DNA from: a virus | Lineage: Duplodnaviria; Heunggongvirae; Uroviricota; Caudoviricetes | DNA length: 64,000 nucleotides | Virus record (IMG/VR): IMGVR_UViG_650377940_000003 | Coordinates: 23,323-87,322 of that record | Reading direction: 5' to 3' (one strand) | Shown: in pieces, positions 1 through 7,733 of the stretch | Numbering within the stretch: position 1 is the first letter of the stretch | Layout of the letters: each line of letters opens with the position of its first letter | The notes under the pieces: generated by a model | The model's input: only the letters and a program-made list of their open reading frames with translations | What the model was told of the DNA's origin: nothing | Database searches by the model: none | Translations under genes and position numbers: made by a program

Positions 1-3000
1 AACTACGGCTTTGTATCATAGAAGCAGAGCTATTCTTTGCCAGCTGGTCACTGAACCACTTATCAGGATTTCCACCCATCTCAAATAGGCGAGATGTAAT
101 ATCAGCAGGAATTACGCCATCACCAGTTTCAAGATAAGTGTAACGACCAGAAGCAGGCTGGCGTACCAACATTTCAGGACCAACTTCATCAACGTTATAA
201 GTGCCGTCGTGTTTGATTTTCTTATCGCCAGATGCCTTCTTGCCCCAATTCCAGAACCAGAATTTAGAACCCCAGAATTTATCCCATGCGGATTGTTTCT
301 TTTCCTCTGGCTTATTCTCTTCGGCTATAGTACCCTGTGTGGCATTTACTGTAAGATTCGTAATGCCAGTGGCTTTCTTTGTGTTTTCGGCGGTTTCAGA
401 ACTACTATTCGCAGTGTCTTTTGTATTTTCAGCGGTTTCTTTACTCTTGCCGAAAATGTCTTTACATAGATTTACGATTCCACCAATCGGACTGATGTCC
501 CAGAAGAACGATGCAACAGACTTTATTGCTTTTTTGCCAAAACCGTCTTCTTTGTTAGACCAGATTTCTTTTTGATGCTTTATACCCTTTACACCGCTAT
601 AAATACCAAGACCAGCCGCTGCAGCAAGACCACCAACAACAGGGATTGCAGAAGCGCCAGCAGCACCTATAGCACTAACAGCACCTTTGATAAGTCCGCC
701 AGCACCAGTGACTAGTTTTCCTGCGCCTTTAATAAGAGTGGAACCAATCTTGCTCTTACTAACAGCATTACCGACAGCTTTGAATCCATCCACAACCGTG
801 GAAACAATACCGCCGCCTTCGCCAGAACCGTTAAATAGGCTCTGAGCACCAGCTTTGATTTTCTTCCAGATGCCACTAAATGTTTCAACAAGTCCGTTTC
901 CTGAAGTCTGAACTTTACTCCTTAAAACGTTGAAGAAATTCTCGACTACATTAGCGGACTCGCCAGTCGCTTCTTCGCCACCCTTATTGAAGAATCCTTT
1001 TATCGTATTCCACAGACCTTTTGTACCGAGGTCTTTGTACTCGCCAGTCTTAATTGCAGAATACAGATTATTTACCTTCGTGAGCGTATTGATCAGTGAT
1101 TCAAGGTTTGTGATCAAATTCTGGATGCCGGTGATCGCGCTGCCAGTATTCAAGCTTGCAATAATCTTATTGTGATAGCCGTCCAGTGAGCCCTCCATCT
1201 GAGATAAACTCATCTTTTGAATCTGCGCAGTGTACTCAAGCTCCTTCTGGTAATCCTTCCAGCTCTTGCCGATATCATCCATGACCTCAGACAACTTGTC
1301 CTTGAACTCATTGTACTTTTTGATCTGGTCGTCAATAGCCTTTTCAGCATCCTTGTTATTCCACTCGCGCTGCTTATCCGCAAGGTCTTCACGTGCAGTA
1401 CGCACATCTTCGGCGTTTGCCTGCCACTCGTAGCCATTCTCAGTGTACACACGGGTCGTGCGCTGTTGCTGGGCGCGGGCGAGAGCATCTTGTGCCTTGG
1501 AAAGTTCAATAGCACGTTCGGTAGCTTCGTTGTTTTCTTCCAGAGCTTCCTTCTGCTTATTCAGGGCTTCAATCCGCTTGTCGATGACTTTGCCCATAGC
1601 ATCGCCCCAAATTTTGAGGTCGTTGTTGGATTTATCATTTAAGCCGGAGAGGAGAGAAAGGAAAGAAGACAGAACGTCTTTTGCATCGGATAGAGCGGAC
1701 TTGAATTCCTCGATTACCTTTTCGACACCATCCCAGTGCTTTTTCAGTTTTGTTGTAACCTGTGCGTCGGTCTCTTGAACTTCGAGAAGAGCCTTTTCCA
1801 AAGCGTCATCAAGTTCCTTCTGAACTTCGGCTTTTTGCTTGAGAGCTTCGTCTTCTGATAGATCCTTGTTAGAATCAATGGCAGACATTTTCTTTGTATA
1901 TTGTGCTAAGACTTTCTGATACGTTGCAGTCTTCTTTGCAAGCTCCACATACTCATCATGGGTTGGCTCACGCACATCATCAATCATTGCCTGAACTTGA
2001 ATACCAATCGGACTACCTTCAAACTCTTTTGCAAATGCACTCAGTTTATCAACGTAGCTTTGGCGAAGCGCCTTTACGTCAATTTTAGCGTTACCATCCT
2101 CATCGTAAGTAAGTAGATTAGAAAACTCTTCAGGAAGTTCCTGCAGCTTCTGCATGGTATCCTGTGTCAGCTGGCCGGTAGTATTCCACTCGTCCATCGC
2201 ATCTTTTAGCGTGCTCCAATTAGTCTGGTATTTGTCCAACTCGGTATTTACACGCTCAAGGTCAGTTCCAAGACCAACAAGATAATCACTAACAGAAATT
2301 TTGCCACTTTCAATATTTGCCTTATCAGAACTTAACGAGTTTGCAAGCGCAGTAGCCGCAGCACCACCGGTTTCGTTTGCAGCTTTTATGCGCTTATCCA
2401 ATTCATCAAGAGTCGCTTTCTTAAACGCCTCAGTGTTGAGATTGATGTTCCCGTTTTTGTCAACGAGATTATCCATCAAATCCTTGTTATCACCAAAGAA
2501 CTTGCTCAGTTGCAAGATAGACTCTATCTTACTTTCTGTTGCATCAAGGTCACCAACACCGAATTGACTATTCTTGATTTTCTGCTGAATATCATATAGC
2601 CCAGAAAATGCGGATTTTATAGCGTCCGTCTTTTCCTTGGCTTCATCCATCGCGGTGCCGTAGCCCTTGATGGCATCAGTAAGTTGCTCAAAAGAAATGG
2701 TTTCGGAATCGACACTAGAGTTCAACCAGTCGAGAATCTTCTTCATCTCGCCAGCAGACTTGCCACCATCATTAGCTGCATTCGCTTCCTCAAGCTGCGC
2801 TCTGACAAAAGTGCGGAATTTTGCGGTGTTAAGCTCAAGTTTTCCATTTTGCTCAGTTAAGCAAGCAGTAAACTTATCATCAACACCGATTAACGACTTC
2901 ATGGTGTCTGCACTAATATAGCCATACTGGTTATATTCTTTCATCGCTTTTGTTAACGTATCAAAAGCAGATGACAGGTCAGCAACAGATTTAGAAGTTG

Positions 3001-4936
3001 TACTAGATGATTTTCCAGCATTTTTAGAAGATGAGCCGAATCCATTCAACTGATTTGTTAATGCTTGCCCACCCTTTAAAGCGGCATTCATATTGGTGTA
3101 CAGCAAAGAAAGCTGAGTATTTGTGCGATTCGTGATTTCCTCTAGTTTTGCAGGATCTACGCCGCGTTCGCCGGCCTTCTCTACTTCATTTGCAAACTCC
3201 TGAGCCGCACTGTATGTCGCAGTAGCCGCAGTAGCATTTTTCAAGGCAGGAAGAAGATTTTCCAGAGCAGTCTTTTCAGCCTCTGTTTTTTCTTTTAAAT
3301 CATCAGTGCTTTCAGCCGTATCATCGGCAGTAAGGTTTGCGACCTCATGTTGTGCGTTAGACAGAATTGTTGCCGCAGCTTCTGCGTATTCAGCAGCAAG
3401 TAACTCGGCATAACTCTGTTTATTTATCTGAAGCCTACCATTAACAAGCTCAAGGCAATTCAGATACTCGGTGTTCATCGTCAGTAAAGACTGAAGAGAA
3501 TCGAGACTCATGTAGCCATACTGATTGTACTCTTCCATTGCACTGGTAGAAGCTTTATACGCAGACTGGATTTCATCCATTTTGGAAGAAATATCCTCCA
3601 TCTTCTGTGCGCCAGCAGCCAATGCGTCAACACCATTTGCAGAAGACTGAGCTACAATACCAACTTGAACAAGTGCTTGGATAAACGCATTTACACCGTT
3701 TGTGTCAGCAGAGAAGTCCATGTCGGTCAAAGCTTTACGAAGATTTGTGAGAGCTTGCGCTTGCTCGTCTGATAATCCTTCGTTTGTGCCCCATAAGAGC
3801 TCGTTTAACTTACTTGCATCAAACCCATCAATGGTATTTTTTAGAGTTTCGATTGCAGAATTGACCTTATCGAAACTATAGCTTACGTCCATACCATTGC
3901 TTTTGCCGTCGCTCCAAAAGTCAATAGCTTGAAGCTTTCTACGAGCGTTTACATTCTCGTTAACAGCATCCGTTGAGTCGTTGTAAGAATCTACATCATC
4001 ACGGAGAGCAGATTGCTCATCCATTAAATACTTATAAACGGTATTGTACGCACCGCCTGCCGCTCTCTGTGCTTCTGTTGTGTTTTGTACAATATAATCC
4101 AGTGCTCGTCCAAGTTCAGAATAATACTTTGCGATAGAATCTGGATCATTCAAGTCCTTCGCACCAAAACTACCATTCTTATTAAAAACATCAATACCAG
4201 CATCTTTTAACTCGTTCATAATACCACGATTGGTATTGGCGGAAACAGAACTAAAGAAATGTGAACGATTGTTGTCTTTTGCGGTTTTAACTAGCTTATT
4301 GCTTTGAGCATCCTTGGATTGAATCAACTTCGATTCGGAAGCTTTGAGCTGTTCTTCTGTGATATCCTTCAGCAAACCAAGCTGTTCTTCATATTTTCCA
4401 TTTTGAAGATCAAGCTGATTTGCTTTATTTTCGTCAAGAGTGCCTTGTTCTTTTGCAAGAGCCAAAAGTTCCTCTTGGATATCCGTTGCTTGGTCAAAAT
4501 CTTCTGTACTCCAACCAGACTTGTCGCCAAGTTCTTCGTAGGCATCAACTAGATCCTTTAAAGAGGAAGTGGCATTTTTAGCTGCGTCAGCTTCCTCTTT
4601 AGTCTTTGTAGCCGCAGTATCGATTCGCTGTGCGTAATCAGCTATGGCGGAAACGACTCCGTTTATTGCCATTCCAATTAACGCACCAACAGCCATCGAC
4701 AAAGCGAGATTTAGTGCTTTTGCCGCGAATGTTGCTGCCCTCATCGAGAGAGTCAAACCGTCAGTTGAGGCTTTACTTCTTATTGAATATTTGATAAAAT
4801 CAAAGAAAGAAGTCCCAGCTCCACGCTCTGCTACATCTAGCGATAAAAATTCCCTGTAAAGATTTCGTATTTTTGTTATTAGGCCAGTAATATGATTATT
4901 GTCATCAACGTCAAAAACGTTCATGAAAGATAATAT
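1..4936 (-). CDS. Tail tape measure protein, exon 2 (runs off the window start; spliced protein >2680 aa)
   Basis: Missing from the ORF track because no stop lies in the window. Manual translation of sampled stretches is open: ILSFMNVFDVDDNN... at the start, repeats like AMKEYNQYGYISAD / AMEEYNQYGYMSLD, and the C-terminal motif YNVDEVGPEMLVRQPASGRYTYLETGDGVIPADIT. Confidence 0.85.
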   Translation of the reverse strand, partial: MLSFMNVFDVDDNNHITGLITKIRNLYREFLSLDVAERGAGTSFFDFIKYSIRSKASTDGLTLSMRAATFAAKALNLALSMAVGALIGMAINGVVSAIADYAQRIDTAATKTKEEADAAKNATSSLKDLVDAYEELGDKSGWSTEDFDQATDIQEELLALAKEQGTLDENKANQLDLQNGKYEEQLGLLKDITEEQLKASESKLIQSKDAQSNKLVKTAKDNNRSHFFSSVSANTNRGIMNELKDAGIDVFNKNGSFGAKDLNDPDSIAKYYSELGRALDYIVQNTTEAQRAAGGAYNTVYKYLMDEQSALRDDVDSYNDSTDAVNENVNARRKLQAIDFWSDGKSNGMDVSYSFDKVNSAIETLKNTIDGFDASKLNELLWGTNEGLSDEQAQALTNLRKALTDMDFSADTNGVNAFIQALVQVGIVAQSSANGVDALAAGAQKMEDISSKMDEIQSAYKASTSAMEEYNQYGYMSLDSLQSLLTMNTEYLNCLELVNGRLQINKQSYAELLAAEYAEAAATILSNAQHEVANLTADDTAESTDDLKEKTEAEKTALENLLPALKNATAATATYSAAQEFANEVEKAGERGVDPAKLEEITNRTNTQLSLLYTNMNAALKGGQALTNQLNGFGSSSKNAGKSSSTTSKSVADLSSAFDTLTKAMKEYNQYGYISADTMKSLIGVDDKFTACLTEQNGKLELNTAKFRTFVRAQLEEANAANDGGKSAGEMKKILDWLNSSVDSETISFEQLTDAIKGYGTAMDEAKEKTDAIKSAFSGLYDIQQKIKNSQFGVGDLDATESKIESILQLSKFFGDNKDLMDNLVDKNGNINLNTEAFKKATLDELDKRIKAANETGGAAATALANSLSSDKANIESGKISVSDYLVGLGTDLERVNTELDKYQTNWSTLKDAMDEWNTTGQLTQDTMQKLQELPEEFSNLLTYDEDGNAKIDVKALRQSYVDKLSAFAKEFEGSPIGIQVQAMIDDVREPTHDEYVELAKKTATYQKVLAQYTKKMSAIDSNKDLSEDEALKQKAEVQKELDDALEKALLEVQETDAQVTTKLKKHWDGVEKVIEEFKSALSDAKDVLSSFLSLLSGLNDKSNNDLKIWGDAMGKVIDKRIEALNKQKEALEENNEATERAIELSKAQDALARAQQQRTTRVYTENGYEWQANAEDVRTAREDLADKQREWNNKDAEKAIDDQIKKYNEFKDKLSEVMDDIGKSWKDYQKELEYTAQIQKMSLSQMEGSLDGYHNKIIASLNTGSAITGIQNLITNLESLINTLTKVNNLYSAIKTGEYKDLGTKGLWNTIKGFFNKGGEEATGESANVVENFFNVLRSKVQTSGNGLVETFSGIWKKIKAGAQSLFNGSGEGGGIVSTVVDGFKAVGNAVSKSKIGSTLIKGAGKLVTGAGGLIKGAVSAIGAAGASAIPVVGGLAAAAGLGIYSGVKGIKHQKEIWSNKEDGFGKKAIKSVASFFWDISPIGGIVNLCKDIFGKSKETAENTKDTANSSSETAENTKKATGITNLTVNATQGTIAEENKPEEKKQSAWDKFWGSKFWFWNWGKKASGDKKIKHDGTYNVDEVGPEMLVRQPASGRYTYLETGDGVIPADITSRLFEMGGNPDKWFSDQLAKNSSASMIQSRS

Positions 4937-4956
4937 CATTTTTGAGGAGAATAAAT

Positions 4957-5370
4957 ATGGATAAATATGTACGCTACTGCCCGTTATGTGACAAGTATTA
5001 TCCCCAAAATCAAATGCTGTGCGCATTTTGCTTTAGAGATGTCATATTATCGCCTAAGTGGAATAGTATGAGCCAGCAAAAGAAAATCAATTGGAAGTTT
5101 GAGCATCTGCCGCAGGTTGACATTTCAACACTTAGCGAAGATTCGCTCAAAAAAATGCAAGATAAAGCCAACGCCTTTGATGCTCAATATAGAGCCGAAT
5201 TAGAGGAGAAAGAACATCCGAAATACGTTCCTACCTGCCCAACCTGTCATTCGCCTGATATTGAAAAGATTAGCGGGACCAGTAAGGTTGTTGATGCAGT
5301 AGTCTGGGGCATTTGGTCCAAAAAGGCAGGGAAGACATTTAAATGCCGGAATTGCGGTTACGAATGGTAA
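4957..5370 (+). CDS. Zinc-ribbon (CxxC) hypothetical protein, antisense cargo inside TMP intron
   Basis: ATG at 4957 after GAGGAG; CPLC..CAFC at the N-terminus and CPTC..CRNC at the C-terminus. Confidence 0.75.
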   Translation: MDKYVRYCPLCDKYYPQNQMLCAFCFRDVILSPKWNSMSQQKKINWKFEHLPQVDISTLSEDSLKKMQDKANAFDAQYRAELEEKEHPKYVPTCPTCHSPDIEKISGTSKVVDAVVWGIWSKKAGKTFKCRNCGYEW

Positions 5371-5391
5371 GGTGTATCTAACTAAAATGAC

Positions 5392-5424
5392 ATAAATAAA
5401 GCCCCTGCTAAAATCTAGCAAGGG
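5392..5424. terminator. Terminator-like hairpin between convergent cargo genes
   Basis: CCCCTGCTA-aaatc-TAGCAAGGG, followed by a U-rich tail on the minus strand. Confidence 0.6.
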
Positions 5425-5443
5425 TGTGTTTACTATATTCAAT

Positions 5444-6061
5444 TTACCGCAAACACCATCTAGCAAGATGAGAATTCTTGTTATCGTACAGAAATTCAAA
5501 ACGCTTAACGTGGCACATCGGAACACACATTACTGTGCTTATAGGATGCCTTGATGCTTCGTCCATATCTTTTCCATCTGGCGTAGTTGCAGAAGAATGA
5601 TGGCTTAAAGTGATGTATTCATCATCAACGGTGTCAATACGTCCAAGAATATATGTTCCATCATCCAAATAAAGAAGAACATTAGTTTGCCCTTCTGCAT
5701 CAATATGTCTTGTCCAAATATTATCGGCAGTATCTACACCAAAATGTTTTGACGCCTTCCAGCGAACCCATACACAATTCTTTAATTTAAAATATACAAT
5801 TGCTGACAGGATACCAACAACAGAGTAGACCACAACAATAGGAAAACCATTGAGTCCAATGTGTGCTTTCGATAAAAACGTGTCGATATAGTCAACGATA
5901 TATTTTATTACAAAACCGATTGATACGCTAAGTGCTAAGAAACTTTGCGTTTCGATTTTCTTTAATGCCAATTTAGTGTATAGCGAAACACATAACACGC
6001 CAGGCACAAAGACACTAAAAAGCATAGTAACATTATTTATTAGTTTTATCAGTTCTGTCAT
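5444..6061 (-). CDS. Membrane protein (DUF6338-like), intron cargo
   Basis: ATG at 6061 after GGAGG; three hydrophobic segments then a soluble beta-rich domain (LLYLDDGTYILGRIDTVDDEYITL). Family assignment is from memory. Confidence 0.6.
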   Translation of the reverse strand: MTELIKLINNVTMLFSVFVPGVLCVSLYTKLALKKIETQSFLALSVSIGFVIKYIVDYIDTFLSKAHIGLNGFPIVVVYSVVGILSAIVYFKLKNCVWVRWKASKHFGVDTADNIWTRHIDAEGQTNVLLYLDDGTYILGRIDTVDDEYITLSHHSSATTPDGKDMDEASRHPISTVMCVPMCHVKRFEFLYDNKNSHLARWCLR

Positions 6062-6230
6062 TTGCACCTCCAGTAGTTTTATTGTTATTCCGTGTTGCAC
6101 TTCTGTCTCTAAAATAAGAAATTAAAACTGATGTGTCTGCTTTTGGCTGATTCGGAGAATAGGTGAAATTACCGTCTCTTTGATAAGTTGAAATTTCATA
6201 ATCCGGCACATGCTTCTTATTGTTTTCCAT
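6033..6230 (-). CDS. Small hypothetical protein overlapping the membrane gene, intron cargo
   Basis: AAGGAG RBS; upstream TTGCTT-N17-TACACT promoter-like sequence. Confidence 0.55.
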   Translation of the reverse strand: MENNKKHVPDYEISTYQRDGNFTYSPNQPKADTSVLISYFRDRSATRNNNKTTGGANDRTDKTNK

Positions 6231-6289
6231 GATTCAACACTCCTTTTATAAGAGTGTATCACAGGATGTCGTAAAAAGCAACGCAAATT

Positions 6290-6333
6290 AAAAACGCCCG
6301 GCCTCCCAGCAGTAGGGAAGTCGGGCTTGTTTT
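6290..6333. terminator. Bidirectional intrinsic terminator
   Basis: GCCCGGCCTCCC-agcagta-GGGAAGTCGGGC, flanked by AAAAA and TTGTTTT. Confidence 0.75.
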
Positions 6334-6344
6334 ATGATGATGCC

Positions 6345-6677
6345 TTACTTCAGTTTTTCCAGAATCTCGTCTGCGCTCACACCGCTAGACAGCAACTTCT
6401 TGAGCACATCTTCGGCTTCGGCCTTCTTTGCAGCTTCCGCAACCTTTGCGTCGGCATCAGCCTTTTTCTTTTCGAGCTTGGTGATCTCTTTGTTGAGTTT
6501 TTTCAATTCTGCTTCTTTTGCTTTACGCTGGGCGTTCAGTGTAGCGATATCATCACTAATAGTTGCAATCTCCTGAGCAATAGATTCTGCGGCAGTATTC
6601 TTTTCAGCGATCTGTGCCGCGTAATCAACGCCGTCGAGAACCTTTGCTTTATTCTTGCTTCCTTTAGGACGTGCCAT
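6345..6677 (-). CDS. Small coiled-coil protein with AT-hook-like N-terminus, intron cargo
   Basis: MARPKGSKNK start then K/A/E-rich heptads; GGAGG RBS; own promoter TTGCTT(6749-6744)-N17-TATAAT(6726-6721). Confidence 0.75.
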   Translation of the reverse strand: MARPKGSKNKAKVLDGVDYAAQIAEKNTAAESIAQEIATISDDIATLNAQRKAKEAELKKLNKEITKLEKKKADADAKVAEAAKKAEAEDVLKKLLSSGVSADEILEKLK

Positions 6678-6786
6678 AATAAAATACCTCCGTATATTTT
6701 GAATACGCGATTGTACTTATATTATAGCCAGAAAATTTCAGAAAAGCAACCTCTTTTTATGTATTATAAATTACATTATAGAAATA

Positions 6787-6816
6787 TTGACATGATATGA
6801 CAGACGGGTGTATAAT
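6787..6816 (+). promoter_or_regulatory. SigA-type promoter of the putative toxin mRNA
   Basis: TTGACA-N18-TATAAT with TG just upstream of the -10. Confidence 0.75.
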
Positions 6817-6963
6817 AATGGAGCAATCAGGAGTTCCACATCGAACTTGTCCAACCATAGATGTAAAAAATAGGCGGTCACCCTCCCAGTAGCCGGAAGG
6901 CAAGAAGGAGCGTGTATTTCTTTAACTGCCTTCCGGCAATATTGTCGGAAGGAGGATGTTGCC

Positions 6964-7089
6964 ATGAATTTTGACATTCAGACTGTCTACTATGTCGCAA
7001 TGCTGTTCTTCGGTTTTGCTGGCTTTGTTAAGACTGTTCTTGAGATTTTCAAGATGCTACATCATCACAGCGAGAGCCGTGATAAGTAA
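6964..7089 (+). CDS. Putative type I toxin-antitoxin membrane toxin (41 aa)
   Basis: MNFDIQTVYYVAMLFFGFAGFVKTVLEIFKMLHHHSESRDK: one TM helix plus a charged tail; GGAGG RBS; ~140-nt structured 5' UTR. Not in the ORF track. Confidence 0.7.
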   Translation: MNFDIQTVYYVAMLFFGFAGFVKTVLEIFKMLHHHSESRDK

Positions 7090-7200
7090 AAGAGCCGCCT
7101 ATGTCCAGTAGGCAGCTCTTCATTGGGATTGAAATTGTCCAGATTTTAATTCCATTTGTTTGATGCTAACCGAGGGAACCGTCTATTGGAACTCTTGGTT
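7088..7200 (-). ncRNA. Putative antisense antitoxin sRNA (~115 nt)
   Basis: Consensus promoter TTGACA(7235-7230)-N17-TATAAT(7212-7207); ends at hairpin AAGAGCTGCCTA..TAGGCGGCTCTT-UUUU (7120-7088); convergent with the toxin gene. Confidence 0.7.
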
Positions 7201-7733
7201 GCTTTTATTATACACTTTTTAGAGTACGCTGTCAACGAACAACAGTGTACTTTTTCTTTTTATTCAATTATTCAATCATTTTTCTCTTTCTTATATCGCG
7301 CCAGAGAATAGCGCGTCTCCTCATTTCCACCTACTTCTTTAAGTCGTCTGGTTACGTCTGAGGTGGACTTCTGAACTTTCGTCCAGAACTGACTATCCTT
7401 CCAGTGGTTGCTCACTGACCCTTTTTAGTCGATGAACCTTCCACCCTCCTACATTATATAATAGGGGAGTGAATCGGCTGCTGACCGCCCATTATAAACG
7501 CTACTTAGCACTCGATTATTACCATATTTTGACAATACGATAAAACCGAGCTTTTATCTCAGCATATAGCATCCATATCCTTGTTTCTATCTTTCGATTC
7601 CTACATTATATAAATATAACAATAGGCGATATGGCTCTTAGGGTTTCCCAGCACTCTAGGGGCTATTTTATTTTTACATGGTGCCGCATCCTATATTTTA
7701 TACGCAACAAATATAAGAGGGCATATTAACTTT

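Larger units (their letters stand above)
4937..7733 (-). ncRNA. Group I intron in tape measure gene, 2797 nt, carrying cargo genes in a 3' loop
   Basis: P-like UGCUGGGAAACCC (~7641-7655), Q GUCAGCAGCC (~7476-7485), R UUCAUCGACUA (~7426-7436), S AAGGAUAGUC (7391-7400). P1 GGGU|A...UGCCC has a U.G pair. Terminal G at 4937. Exon 2 AUAUUA pairs with IGS UAAUAU (P10). The join GGT|ATA TTA is in frame. Confidence 0.85.

Noticed and set aside
2140-3560. Repeated EYNQYGY-like blocks in TMP exon 2 as possible DGR template/variable repeats
   Set aside because: Protein-level helical repeats with broad nucleotide divergence; no adenine-specific pattern and no reverse transcriptase in the window.
201-4859. 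Many plus-strand ORFs over the TMP, and similar ones over capsid, tail and scaffold genes (e.g. 13942..14778, 21061..22446)
   Set aside because: Antisense shadows of codon-biased minus-strand genes; no RBS or motifs.
4937-4939. ATG that could start TMP exon 2 as an independent gene
   Set aside because: No Shine-Dalgarno on that strand (upstream is TCTCCTC); P10 and the terminal G fit splicing better. Not fully excluded.
7541-7556. TAAAA-N6-TTTTA copy inside the TMP intron core as a cassette site
   Set aside because: More simply an RNA stem-loop of the ribozyme's peripheral domain; counted but not interpreted.
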